Source of the DNA: Leucoraja ocellata
Taxonomy: Eukaryota
Length of the DNA stretch: 64,000 bases
Assembly: GCA_036785375.1 (NCBI GenBank)
Contig: JAWMAR010001454.1
Span: 186,001-250,000 of the forward strand
Reading direction: 5' to 3'
The position numbers were made by a program, and so were the translations under genes. A model generated the notes under the pieces. The model was not told the origin of the DNA and did not search any database. It worked only from the letters and a program-made list of their open reading frames with translations. Below, in pieces: positions 45,911 to 59,844 of this stretch; within the stretch, counting starts at the first letter, position 1; each line of letters opens with the position of its first letter.

Positions 45911-46970
45911 ACGCCTCAAACTTCCCTCTAATTGTTTGTGTTTATGTGGCTCAGCAGAGATAGTCCTTATTATCATAAGAATGCGCATTGAATAAATGAT
46001 AAAATTACTAATAGCATAAGGAATTAATGCATTTTCAATTCTGCCGAATCAGAATATCCCTCCCTCATCTACAGACAAAACATTTAATTGTGAATGATGG
46101 GCAAGAGGTCACCATGTAACTGAAAGGAAACACCTGTGTCGGTCGTGCTGCTAAATTAATGAGGCACTTGCAGTCTGCTGCTCAAACACTGAAAACTCCG
46201 ATGGTGAATAACAACGAACAAAATAAAAAACTACCTAGCAACAGATCTCGCAAATTCCAGCTACCAATCTCATTGGTCACATGCTGCATCATTTCAGTTA
46301 AACTGTCAGGAGTATCCATTCTGATCATGTAAATCCCGGCTACTGTGTTTGATTGGGATTAGCTTTCACGTTTACAGTGGGATCAATGTCTCTTAGATTC
46401 TGTATGGAATCTGTTTAGAGATTATCTGACATAGAGTTATAATGTAGTTCATATGGTGGGTATGATTGCTAGTCACACACCACACAGGTAGTGACCTGAG
46501 TAAAAATGAGTAAAATACCGAATGGATGTTTCCCTTTGCACACTGCAGCCGTGTACATGAAGTGAAGGCTTCTGTGTGAAGGTCACTGCGTGATATAATG
46601 TAGGCGTGTGTGAAAATGTAAAACATATCTGGGAGGGGTCAGTGGGGTCCATGTTCTTTAGCCGGAACACACAAACGTTTTAAAAATCGACAAATGCTGC
46701 GATCCATGTGTTCACCCGCCTATTGTATATTTCAATTTGTTTTAGCAAATTAATGCACCGCAATGCAACAAAATCAATGATTCAATGATACTTTATTGCC
46801 GCATGCAGCTAGGTGCAATGAAATTCTTTATGTTTGCATACAATCTAGTAAAATCGCACAGCAGACCTCACCTAGGCAGTGCACAAAGGGTCACCATGTT
46901 TCTGGCACCATGAAAGTTACAAAATGTCTATCGAACAAACATCGATGACAGTTCAGTCAAAAGTCAATTT

Positions 46971-49224
46971 CAAGTCAACTTCCTGAAAAAATATTTACAA
47001 GGATACCAAACTTTAAACTCTAGACTGATTGGAAGATGCAATGAACAATAAGGCTGAATCAAGGAAATTAATATCATATTTATACAATAGTATCTTAAAT
47101 ATAGAATTATCACAGACAGAGGCACTTAGAGAAGAATGGGATGAGAACTACTGATTAAAATCCCAAAAGAAACTTGGGAAAAACACTTGATATATATACA
47201 TAAATGTTCGATTAATGCAAGACATAATTTAATTCAATTAAAAATTCTACACATGAAATTATTCGAAAACTAGATTGCACAAATTCTACCCAAATACTTC
47301 CCCCATTTGTGATAAATGTTTATCTCAGAATGCCACTATAGCACACTCTTTTGTTTCTTGTATAAAATTACACAAATTTTGGTGAGAAATCTTTGAAATT
47401 TTCACAAAATTACTGAAGATAAAACTTGATCCTAACACTGAATTGATTATATTTGGATTACTGGAACTCGAGAATAAATTGAATAAGTTTCAAAAATCAT
47501 TCCTTAATTATGGTTTAATAACGGCAAAAAAACGTATACTGACATTTTGGAAAAATACATCGATACCAACGCTTAAAATGTGGATTTCAAACATGTTGGA
47601 AACCTTACATCTTGAAGAAATATGATTCCTCCTAACAGACAAAGTAGACCAATTCCATAGGATTTGGTGTCCATTTGTCGACTTCTTACAAGCATATGGT
47701 GCAACACAAACGTAGAAACCATCCGTTTCAGGACTGGGTGAATGGTGGTGAAGAATAACAAATCTCTCCTTTATTCTTCTGCTTTCTTCATCTGCTTCTT
47801 TTCTCTTCATTTTCTTTCTTTTCCTCTTCTCATTTTCCTTTTCTCACTTTCTGATATCACACATTTCTCGAGGATGTAACTAGTAGCGTGGATAGGGGAG
47901 AACCAGTGGATGTGGTGTATCTGGACTTCCAGAAGGCTTTCGACAAGGTCCCACATAAGAGATTGGTATACACACGGCATTGGGGGTTCAGTATTGATGT
48001 GGATAGAGAACTGGCTGGCAAACAGGAAGCAAAGAGTAGGAGTAAACGGGTCCTTTTCACAATGGCAGGCAGTGACTAGTGGGGTACCGCAAGGCTCAGT
48101 GCTGGGACCCCAGCTATTTACAATATATATTAATGATCTGGATGAGGGAATTGAAGGCAATATCTCCAAGTTTGCGGATGACAGTAAGCTGGGGGGCAGT
48201 GTTAGCTGTGAGGAGGATGCTAGGAGACTGCAAGGTGACTTGGATAGGCTGGGTGAGTGGGCAAATGTTTGGCAGATGCAGTATAATGTGGATAAATGTG
48301 AGGTTATCCATTTTGGTGGCAAAAACAGGAAAGCAGACTATTATCTAAATGGTGGCCGATTGGGAAAGGGGGAGATGCAGCGAGACCTGGGTGTCATGGT
48401 ACACCAGTCATTGAAGGTAGGCATGCAGGTGCAGCAGGCAGTAAAGAAAACGAATGGTATGTTAGCTTTCATTGCAAAAGGATTTGAGTATAGGAGCAGG
48501 GAGGTTCTACTGCAGTTGTACAGGGTCTTGGTGAGACCACACCTGGAGTATTGCGTACAGTTTTGGTCTCCAAATCTGAGGAAGGACATTATTGCCATAG
48601 AGGGAGTGCAGAGACGGTTCACCAGACTGATTCCTGGGATGTCAGGACTGTCTTATGAAGAAAGACTGGATAGATTTGGTTTATACTCTCTAGAATTTAG
48701 GAGATTGAGAGGGGATCTTATAGAAACTTACAAAATTCTTAAGGGGTTGGACAGGCTAGATGCAGGAAGATTGTTCCCGATGTTAGGGAAGTCCAGGAAA
48801 AGGGGTCACAGCTTAAGGATAAGCGGGAAATCCTTTAAAACCGAGATGAGAAGAACCTTTTTCACACAGAGAGTGGTGAATCTCTGGAACTCTCTGCCAC
48901 AGAGGGTAGTTGAGGCCAGTTCATTGGCTATATTTAAGAGGGAGTTAGATGTGGCCCTTGTGGCTAAGCGGATCAGAGGGTATGGAGAGAAGGCAGGTAC
49001 GGGATACTGAGTTGGATGATCAGCCATGATCATATTGAATGGCGGTGCAGGCTCGAAGGGCCGAATGGCCTACTCCTGCACCTAATTTCTATGTTTCTAT
49101 TTTTTTTCTATATTTTTTCTGTCTCCTTTTCATTATTAAAATAAAAATAATAAGAAGCTGTACATGAATTGTAGCATGCCAATACCTGTATATACCATAT
49201 TATTGTACTTACATCTAATTAAAA
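46971..49224 (+). mobile_element. 5'-truncated L1/Tx1-type LINE with a nested CR1
   Basis: C-terminal CDKC..H...C zinc motif (~47305-47360), LITAKKRILTFWK and an A-rich tail. A 12-bp TSD aaaagtcaattt lies at 46959-46970 and 49225-49236. Confidence 0.8.
47862..49100 (+). mobile_element. CR1 RT and 3' end, nested in the L1 3' UTR
   Basis: ORF 47910..49010 with [10 protein letters not shown] and FADD; tail present. Confidence 0.92.
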
Positions 49225-49302
49225 AAAAGTCAATTTATTTGCACCTATAGAATGGAACCATTTAATCACAGCTAAGCAATGTCGGTATATCTGCTGGAGT
49301 CA

Positions 49303-52300
49303 TAGAAACATACAAAATAGGTGCAGGAGTAGGCCATTCGACCCTTCGAGCCTGCACCGCCATTCAATATGATCATGGCTGATCATCCAACTCAGTATCC
49401 TGTACCTGACTTCTCTCCATACCCCCTGATCCCTTTAGCCACAAGGGCCACATCTAACTCCCTCTTAAATATAGCCAATGAACTGGCCTCAACTACATTC
49501 TGTGGCGGAGAATACCAGATATTTACCACTCTCTGTGTGAAAAACGATTTTCTCATCTCGGTCCTAAAGGATTTCCCCTTTACCCTTAAACTGTGACCCC
49601 TTGTTCTTGACTTCCCCAACATCGGGAACAATCTTCCTGCATCTAGCCTGTCCAACCGCTTAAGAATTTTGTAAATTTCTATAAGATCCCCCCTCAATCT
49701 TCTAAATTCCAGCGAGTACAAGCCAAGTCTATCCAGTCTTTCTTCATATGAAAGTCCTGACATCCCAGGAATCAGTCTGATGAACCTTCTCTGTACTCCT
49801 TCTATGGCAAGAATGTCTTTCCTCAGATTTGGGGAGCAAAACTGTACATAATACTTCAGGTGTGGTCTCACCAAGACCCTGTACAACTGCAGTAGAACCG
49901 CAAGCTGGCTTTGAGATCAAATCCTTCCCTCTCGGTCCACCCCCTCCCCGGGCACTTTCCCTTGCAACCGCAAGAGATGCAACACTTGTCCCTTTACCTC
50001 CCCCCTCGACTCCGTTCAAGGACCTAAGCAATCGTTCCAGGTGCGACAGAGGTTTACCTGCATCTCTTCCAACCTCATCTATTGCGTCCGCTGCTCTAGA
50101 TGTCAGCAGATCTATATCGGTGAGACCAAGCGGAGGTTGGGCGATCGTTTCGCCGAACACCTCCGCTCGGTCCGCAATAACCAAGCTGACCTCCCGGTGG
50201 CTCAGCACTTCAACTCCCCCTCCCACTCCGTCTCCGACCTCTCTGTCCTGGGTCTCATCCATGGCCACAGCGGGCAGCACCGGAAATTGGAGGAACAGCA
50301 CCTCATATTCCGTTTGGGGAGTCTGCACCCCAGGGGCATGAACATCGAATTCTCCCAATTTTGTTAGTCCTTGCTGTCTCCTCCCCTTCCTCAGTCCCCC
50401 TGCTGTCTCCTCCCATCCGCCAGCCTTCGGGCTGCTCCTCCTTTTCCCTTTCTTGTCCCCACCCACCCCCGCCCCCGATCAGTCTGAAGAAGGGTTTCGG
50501 CCCGACACGTTGCCTATTTCCTTCGCTCCATAGATGCTGCTGCACACGCTGAGTTTCTCCAGCTTTTTTTTTGTGTAACCTGCAGTAGAACCTCCCTGCT
50601 TCGATATTAAGATCCTTTTGCTATGAATGCTAACATACCATTCGCTTTCTTCACTGCCTGCTGCACCTGCATGCCTACTTTCAATGACTGGTGTACCATG
50701 ACACCCAGGTCTCGTTGCATCTCCCCTTTTCCTAATAGGCCACCATTTAGATCATAGTCTACTTTCCTGTTGTTGCCACCATAGTGGATAACCTCGCATT
50801 TATCCACATTGTAAATAGCTGGGGTCCCAGCACTGAGCCTTGCGGTAGCCCACTCACTAGTCACTGCCTGCCATTCTGAAAAGGACCCGTTTACTTCTAC
50901 TTTTTTCTTCCTGTTTGCCAGCCAGTTCTCTATCCACATCAATACTGAACCCCCGATACCATGTGCTTTAAGTTTGCATACTAATCTCTTATGTGGGACC
51001 TTGTCGAAAGCCTTCTGAAAGTCCAGATACACCACATCCACTGGTTCTCCCTTATGCACTCTACTAGTTACATCCTCGAAAAATTCTATAAGATTCGTCA
51101 GACATGATTTACCTTTCGTAAATCCATGTTGACTTTGTCCATTGATTTCACCACTTTCCAAATGTGCTGCTATCCCATCTTTAATAACTGACTCTAGCAG
51201 TTTCCCCACCACCGATGTTAAACTAACTGGTCTGTAATTCCCCATTTTCAACTCCCTCCTTTTTAAAAAGTGGGGTTACATTAGCTACCCTCCAATCCTC
51301 AGGAACTACTCCAGGATCTAAAGAGTTTTGAAAAATTATCACTAATGCATCCACTATTTCTGGGGCTACTTCCTTAAGTACTCTGGGATGCAGCCTATCT
51401 GGCCCTGTGGATTTATCGGCCTTTAATCCATTCAATTTACCTAACACCACTTCCCGACTAACCTGGATTTCCTCCTGGATTTGGCCCCCAGTAGATTATT
51501 TATGTCTTCCTTTGTGAAGACGGAACTAAAGTAGTTATTCAATTGGTCTGCCATGTCCTTGTTCCCCATGATCAATTCACCTGTTGCTGACTGCAAGGGA
51601 CCTACATTTATTTTAACTAATCTCTTTCTCTTCACGTATCTATAAAAACGTTTGCAGTCAGTTTTTATGTTCCCTGCCAGTTTTCTTTCATAATCTATTT
51701 TCCCTTTCCTAATTAAGCCCTTTGTCCTCCTCTGCTGGTCTCTGAATTTCTCGCAGTCCTCTGGTAGGCTGCTTTTTCTGGCTTATTTGTACGTTTCACC
51801 TTTTGTTTTGATACTATCCCTGATTTCCCTTGTTATCCACGGATGCACTACCTTCCCCGATTTATTCTTTTGCCAAACTGGGATGAACAATTGTTGTAGT
51901 TCATCCATGCAGACTTTAAATGCCTTCCATTGCATATCCACCGTCAACCCTTTAAGAATCAATTTCTAGTCAATCTTGGCCAATTCATGTCTCATACCCT
52001 CAAAGTTACCTTTCCTTTAAGTTCAGAACCCTTGTTTCTGAATTAACGATGTCACTCTCCATCCTAATGAAGAACTCAACCATATTATGGCCACTCTTGC
52101 CCAAGGGGCCACACACAACAAGACTGCTAACTAACCCTTCCTCATTACTCAATACCCAGTCTAGAATAGCCTGCTCTCTCGTTGGTTCCTCTACATGTTG
52201 GTTTAGAAAACTATCCCGCATACATTCCAAGAAATCCTCTTCCTCAGCACCCCTGCCAATTTGATTCACCCAATCTATATGTAGATTGAAGTCACCCATT

Positions 52301-53018
52301 ATAACTGTTTTGCCTTTGTCACACGCATTTCTAATTTCCTGTTTGATACCATCCCCAACTCCACTACTACTGTTAGATGGCCTGTACACAACTCCCACTA
52401 GCGTTTTCTGCCCCTTAGTTGTCTGCGGAGGGCGCTCAGCATCGCCAAGGACTGCTCTCACCTCAACCATGGACTGTTTACCCTCCTACCATCCGGGAGG
52501 CGCTACAGGTCTCTCCGTTGCCGAACCAGCAGGTCGAGGAACAGCTTCTTTCCGGCGGCTGTCACTCTACTCAACAACGTACCTCGGTGACTGCCAATCA
52601 CCACCCCTCCCCGGACACTTATTATTATTTATTCAAATCGTTTGCTATGTCGCTCTTCAAGGGAGATGCTAAATGCATTTCGTTGTCTCTGTACTGTACA
52701 CTGACAATGACAATTAAAATTGAATCTGAATCTGAATCTGAATCTGAATCTGAATCTGATATCTTGGACATGTTCAGATACATCCCAGACCCTGGCACCA
52801 GGGAGGCAAACTACCATCCAGATCTCCAGACTGCGTCCACAGAATCGCCTGTCTGACCCCCTAACTATAGAGTCCCCTATTACTACTGCCCTCCTCTTCT
52901 TTTACTTACCCTTCTGAGCAACAGGGCCGGTCTCTGTACTGGAGGCCCGGCCGCTGTTGCTACCCCCAGCTAGGCTGTCCCCTCCAACAGTACTCAAACA
53001 GGAGTACTTATTGTCAAG
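49303..53018 (-). mobile_element. Long CR1 (ORF1 esterase part through ORF2 to tail) with nested Penelope (49898-50580) and Rex (52420-52757) pieces
   Basis: Successive ORF fragments 52629..52817, 52006..52470, 50607..51251 and 49392..49886. gtca flanks both ends relative to the empty site in duplication copy A. Confidence 0.88.
49898..50580 (+). mobile_element. Penelope-like element: GIY-YIG endonuclease and 3' pLTR
   Basis: NLIYCVRCSRCQQIYIGETKRRLGDRFAEHL..VAQHFN..RKLEEQHLIFRLG; hammerhead-like ctgaagaagggtttcggcccgacacgt at ~50484-50510. Confidence 0.9.
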
Positions 53019-53234
53019 GTCACCCCGCGGGCAATGACACCACTGGTAAATACATCGTTATCTTCATAAACATTGTTCGTTGATATTCTACAAGGGCAGA
53101 GGATGTACAGCTAATACAATGAGCAAAGCCCCCACAACTATTTTTTCAACAAATATTATAGGGGAGGGTAATCCTTGACAAGACCTAATGACAAAGTTCC
53201 TTTGGCTCTTTCACCTGAAATACACTGGGACAGA

Positions 53235-55378
53235 CTAGTCTTCTGGAATCTTTTGAGGATGTAACAAGTAGAATGAATAAGGGAGAGCCAGTGGATGTAG
53301 TGTATCTGGACCTTCAAAAAGGCCCTATGCAAGAGATTAGTGTGCAGAATTAGAGCACATGGTATTGGTGGTAGGGTATTGACACGGATAGAGAATTGAC
53401 AGAAAGCAAAGAGTAGGAATTAACGGGTCCTTTTCAGAATGGCAGGGAGGGAGTAGTGGGTTGTCGCAAGGCACAGTACTGGGACCCCAGTTAATTACAA
53501 TATATATTAACGAATTAGACGATGGGAATTAAATGTAACATTAGCAAATTTGCAGATGACACAAAGCTGGGTGGCAGTGTGAACTGTGAGGAGGATACTA
53601 TGAGAATGCAGGGTGACTTGGACAGGTTGGGTGAGCGGGCAGATGCATGGCAGATGAAGTTTAATGCGGATAAATGTGAGGTTATGCACTTTGGTAGCAA
53701 AAACAGGAAGGCTGATTACTATCTAATGGCGTCAAGTTGGGAAAAGGGGAAGTACAACGGGATCTGGGGGTCCTTGTACATCAGTCTATGAAAGTAAGCA
53801 TGCAGGTACAGCAGGCAATGAAGAAAGCGAATGGCATGATGTTCTTTATAACAAGGGAAATCGAATATAGGAGCAAAGAGGTCCTTCTGCAGTTGTACAG
53901 AGCCCTAGTGAGACCACACCTGGAGTATTGTGTGCAGTTTTGGTCCCCTAATTTGAGAAAGGACATTCTTGCTATTGAGGGAGTGCAGCGTAGGTTTACA
54001 AGGTTAATTCCCGGGATGGCGGGACTGTCATATGCTGAGAGAATGGAGCAGCTGTGCTTGTACACGCTGGAGTTTAGAAGGATGAGAGGGATTCTCATTG
54101 AAACATATAAGATTGTTAAGAGCTTAGACATGCCAGAGGCAGGAAACATGTTCCCGATGTTGGGGGAGTCCAGAACCAGGGGCCACAGTTTAAGAATAAG
54201 GAGTAGCCATTTAGAACGGAGACGAGGAAACACTTTTTGTGACAGAGAGTGATGAGTCTGTGGAATTCTCTGCATCAGTGGGAGGTGGAGGCAGGTTCTC
54301 TGGATACTTTCAAGAGAGAGCTAGACAGGGTTATTAAAAATAGTGGAGTCAGGGGATATGGGGAGAAGGCAGGAACGGGGTACTGATTGGGGATGATCAG
54401 CCATGATCATATTTAATGGCGGTGCTGGCTCAAAGGGCCGAATGGCCTACTCCTGCACCTGTTGTCTATTGACAAAGATAGGTGGCAGAGTGAACTGAGA
54501 GGAGGATGCTATGAGCCTGTAGGGTGACTTGGATAGGTTGGGTAATTGGGCAGCTGCATGGCAGATGCAGTATAATGTGGATAAATGTGAGATTATACAC
54601 TTTGGTGGCAAGATCACGAAGGCAGATTATTATCTGAATGGTGTCAGATTAGGAAAAGGGGAGATGCAATGAGACCTGAGTGTGCTTGTACATCAGTCAC
54701 TGAAAGTAAGCATGCAGGTACAGCAGGCAGTGAAGAAAGCTAATGGCATGTTGGCCTTCATTGCGAGAGGATTTGAGATTAGGAGCAAGGAGGTCCTTCT
54801 GCAGTTGTACAGGGCTGTGGTGAGACCACACCTGGAGTATTGTGTGCAGTTTTGGTCTCCTAATTTGAGGAAGGACATTCTTGTTATTGAGGGGGTGCAG
54901 GTAGGTTTACAAGGTTGATCCCAGGATGGCGTGACTGATATATGATGAAAGAATGGGTCGACTGGGCTTGTATTCACTGGAATTTAGAAGGATGAGAGGA
55001 TATCTTGTAGAAACATATACAATTCGCAAGGGATTGGAGAGGCTAGATACAGAAAGAAATGTTCCCTTTGTTTGTGGAGTCCAGAATCGGGGGTCACAGT
55101 TTATGAATAGGGTGAGATGAGGAAAACCTTTTTCACCCAGGGAATTGTGAATCTGTGGACTTCTCTGCCACAAAAGGAAGTAGATGCCAAATCATTGGAT
55201 GTTTTCAAGAGAGAGTTAGATTTAGCCCCTATGGCTAACGGAATTAAGGGATATGGGGGAGAAGCAGGGACTGGGTACTGATTGTGGATGATTAGCCACG
55301 ATCATGTTGAATGATGGTGCTGACTCGAAAGGCCAAATGCCCAAGTCCTGCACCTATTGTCTATGTTTCAATGTTTCT
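53235..55378 (+). mobile_element. Two tandem CR1 3' portions
   Basis: ORFs 53522..53791, 53737..54252 and 54682..54918; tails near 54470 and 55370. Confidence 0.88.
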
Positions 55379-56789
55379 CTGCCTCATCACCCACAACCAG
55401 GCCAGGATCATCATGGGTCAGCTTCCATCCGATAACTGAATACACATATTACATGTTGATATAAGTCTCCCGCCTCACACTATCCTCAGCCTTTCAGGCA
55501 GAACATGGTTTCCTTCACATTGACATTCGGGTATTGACAGTTCGGGGAGAAGTTTAATAAAAGAGTGAGTTGGTATGGAGAGAGCACTGGGTCAAGGAAC
55601 TCCCCTCTCCCCATTCCAGCCTTCGGAATGTTTGCACAAACTACGAGTTCTGGATTTCTTTACCTCAAGTGAACGTGGATATAATCTCCATTATATTATC
55701 AAATGACGAGCAGAAAACCATCTGAAACATTCGCCACGCTCTTGAATCGCTTGAAGATTTGCATCACGCACGGCCTAATTCTCTACTGCGTTGGTGGGGA
55801 CAATTAGATGCTCTTTCTGTCTGTCAGTGTTCTAATCTGGGACTTTTATTTCTGAGATTATTTACATCAGTGCGTCGGTTGCGTCCAGCTGCGCTCTCAT
55901 CGAAAATAAACACAAAAAACAATGTTCCTCGATGTGTTTTTCGCAACTGACCAGAGGGATATATGTTATATGGTTATAGGGATTATTTTCTGGCCACTGG
56001 CAGCAATAGTAAAGTGACCTGAGATTTCCCGGACAGGATTATCAGATTTTATTTTGTGCAAAGGTCCCTGCAATACGATGGCAGAGAATAACGTGGCGTT
56101 TGTGAGAGGACAATGCAAGTATGCGACACCACTTCCGGAGAGCAGGCTGCTTTTCCACAATGTCCATTTGCAACAGGATTGAAACCATTTGAACTCAGCA
56201 CCTTGCATCTTGACCAAAGGACACTCAGACTGACCCAAACATGCCGCATTATGTAACGTCCATAGATTAAACTGCAAAACGTTTACATTTCAAGATTGAA
56301 AATTGAAACATTTCAGATTGGGTCGCAATATGTATTTTCGAGAGTCTCAATGTCCTAAATATCCCCACAGTCACTCCGAGCTTTAAAAATGCTTCCCTGA
56401 TCAGAATCTAACGAAATATCAGGCAATATAAACACAACAGATTCCGATTAGATCTTTGTGATTTTAGCAAAGACAATTGTGGAATAAACAACAGCTAGGA
56501 TGCAAATGACTATCTGTTTAGTGGGCCAATGTTTCAAGAAGATATGTGGGACAACATTTTGCACACAGAGTTGAGACTGGTAGCTGCCTTGGGTGTTAGT
56601 GGAGGCAGATGTGCCAGTAGCATCTAAATATGTGAGGAATGGAGAGAAATATAGCACACGTACAAACAGAAACGATGAGTTTTATGTGGCACCATGTTCG
56701 GCAATGATATTAAGGGCCAACTCGCTTGTTCCTATGTTGTACTGTTCTACGTTGCCACAAATGAACATGTCAAAATGTCGATAGCAGCG

Positions 56790-57335
56790 AAGCAATGTGT
56801 TTCACAACAACTACACCAATCCACCTTGGCCGACGTGATCGCCCGGTTGCTAAACACTTTAACTTCCAGCCCATTCCCACACAGCTCTGTCCTTGGCCCC
56901 TCTACTGTCAGAGTGAGGCCCAACAAACATTGGAGGAACAGCACCTCATATTTCACTCGGGCAGCTTACACCCCCAGCGGTTGTAAATATTGATTTAACC
57001 CTCGCTTTTCCTCTCACTCTACCCCTCCCCATCCTAGTTCACCAACGTTTCACTGTCCTGATTAATTTCACTGATTGGATGCTTTCTTGTCAGCTTCCCC
57101 TCAGCCAACAAATAACTATTCTACATTCCATCATCATTGTTTGCTTTGATGTGCCGTTTTCACACCTTGCCCTTTCATACCTCTAAACTGTCTCTTCCCC
57201 TGACTATCAGACCTAAGAAGGGTCTCGATCTGAAACGCCTCCCATTTGTTCTGTCAGGAGATGCTGCCTGTCCCACTGTGTTACTCCAGGATTTATTGCC
57301 GGTATAAACCAGAACCTGCAGTTCCTTCATTCACA
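56790..57335 (+). mobile_element. Degenerate Penelope 3' fragment
   Basis: PVAKHFN..LEEQHLIFHSGSLHP and a decayed pLTR. Confidence 0.7.
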
Positions 57336-57382
57336 AATCCATGTCTTGGTTAATGGTAAAATCCGCATTGTTTCAGGTGATT

Positions 57383-58020
57383 AGACATAGAAACATAGAA
57401 AATAGGAGCAGGAGGCCATTCGGCCCTTCGAGCCAGCACCGCCATTCACTGTCATCATGGCTGATCGTCCCCAATCAACAACCCGTGCCTGCCTTCTCCC
57501 CATATCCCTTGATTCCACTAGCCCCTATTTAACTCTCTCTTAAATCCATCCAGTGACTTGGCCTCCACTGTGGCAGGGAATTTCACAAATTCACAGCTCT
57601 CTGGGTGAAAATGTTTCTTCTCACCTCAGTCTTAAATGACCTCCCCTTTATTCTAAGACTGTGGCCCCTGGTTCTGGACTCACCCAACATTGGGAACATT
57701 TTTCCTGCATCTAGCTTGTCCAGCCCTTTTATAATTTTATATGTTTCTATAAGATACCCCCTCATCCTTCTAAACTCCAGTGAATACAAGCCTAGTCTTT
57801 TCAATCTTTCCTCATATGACAGTCCCGCCATCCCAGGGATCAATCTCGTGAACCTACGCTGCACTTCCTCCATCACAAGGATGTCCTCAAATTAGGAGAC
57901 CAAAACTGTACACAATACTCCAGATGTGGTCTTACCAGAGCCCTATACAACTGCAGAAGAACCTCTTTACTCCTATACTGAAATCCACTTGTTATGAAGG
58001 CCAACATTCTATTAGCCTTG
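57383..58020 (-). mobile_element. CR1 3' portion
   Basis: ORF 57583..57876; tail at 57383-57402. Confidence 0.88.
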
Positions 58021-58134
58021 GTCAATTAGCCAGTAGCCAGATTCTGCACCTGATCCTCGTCATGCTCATATTCCTCAGTGATATCGACAAATTACCACTG
58101 CCGCGAAAACCTGGGGTAAATCACATACAGACGC

Positions 58135-58438
58135 TGACTCAGCGGTAGAGACCCTGGTTCAATCCTGGCCTTGGGTGCTGTCTGCGTGGAGTTTGCAACT
58201 TCTCCCTGTTACCGAGTGGCCCAATGTTTCCTCTCACATCCCAAAGCTGTGTGGGAGTGTCACTTAATTGGTCTCTATAAAGTGGCCGAAATATGTGATG
58301 AGTGGATAAGAAAGGAGGATGACATAGATCTAGCGTGGATCGGTGTTCGATGGTCGGCCTGGATTCTGTGGGACGGATCTGTTTCCATGCTATAATCACT
58401 CGACTAAACTAAACTAAGCTAAACTAAACTAAACTAAC
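58135..58438 (+). mobile_element. V-SINE with (actaa)n tail
   Basis: ggttcaatcc B-box, gctgtctgcgtggagtttgca V-domain and a ctaaa repeat tail. Confidence 0.75.
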
Positions 58439-59844
58439 AAAAATTAATGTCGCCAATGTTATAACCGCAGTTGACCTGCGCCTATTTAGAATACATTGTG
58501 TTTTATCCCACCAAGCCTTAAGCGAGTTACCCATTTTTTGAATATAATGCACTATTGCCATTTCCTCTTTCCAAGAACAAAGTTTGGCCTCTGTGTAAGC
58601 ATTGTCATCGTGTCACATTCCATGATGTCAGAGGATCAGTCCACTCCACGTGTTATATTGCTCTGGATCACGTTATCTGGCCTCCGTTTACTGCGTACGG
58701 CTGATGGACATTTTGAATCTTTCATCCATTGTATCAGCATTGACTCTCTATATTGGGCGTTACGTCTGATATTGTCATAGGGCCAAAAATGATGAGCAAA
58801 ATTGATCCAATAGGAGCATCACGTCTACTCCATCATTCAGTAATGGCTGATCTATCTCTCCCTCCTAACCCAATTGACCCGTTACTACCCTTAACCCAAA
58901 ACATCAGTAATAACCAACAGTCTATTCTTCACTGCTTTTAAATGTCCATTTACAGTACATGGCCTTCACAGCATTTGTGGCAAGGAATTCCACAGGTTCA
59001 CCATCCTCAAGTTTGTGCGAATGGGAGAGTCTATGACTAGACGTTACAGCCTGAGAGTTAAAGGACTTTCATTTAGGAAGGAGATAATGAGTCATTTCGT
59101 TCATCAGAGGGTGGTGAATCTGTGGAATTCTTTGCCACAGACGGCTGTGGAGGCCAAATCATCGGATATGTTTAAGGAAGAGATAGATAGATTCTTGATT
59201 ACTAGGGGTGTCAGGGGTGAAGGGGAGAAGGCAGGAGAATGGGGTTAAAGCAGTAAGAAGAGATATATCGCCAATGATTGAATGGCGGAGTAGACTTCAT
59301 GGGCCGAATGATCTAATTCTACACATGTGCCGTATGAACATTTGACCTTATAACTGGCTAAAAAAATGTCTCTTCATCTACATCAAAGAATGTACTTTAC
59401 ACTCTGAGGCTATGGCTTCCAACTAGTCCTAGACTCTCCAACTAGTGACAACATCCTCTACACATCCACTCTATCCAAGCCTTTCACCATTCTATATGTT
59501 TCAATGTGATCCTCCCTCATTATTCTAAACTCCAGCGAGAATAGTCCCAGTGCTGTCAAACACTCGTCATAGGTCAACCTACACATTCCCGAGACCATTC
59601 TTGTAAACTTCCTCTGGACCTGCTAGAGATCTTTCCTCAGAGCTGGTGCCCAAAATTGTTCAGAATATTCCAAATGCGTCCTTTCCAGCGCCTTAGCATT
59701 TTGCATCCCTGTTTTTGTATACAAGCCATCTTGAAATAACCACTGGCATTGAGTTTGCTTTCTTTACTACTGATTGGACTTGCAGATTAACTTTTGGGGA
59801 ATCCTGCACTAGCACTCCCAAATCCATTTGCACCTCTTCTTCTG

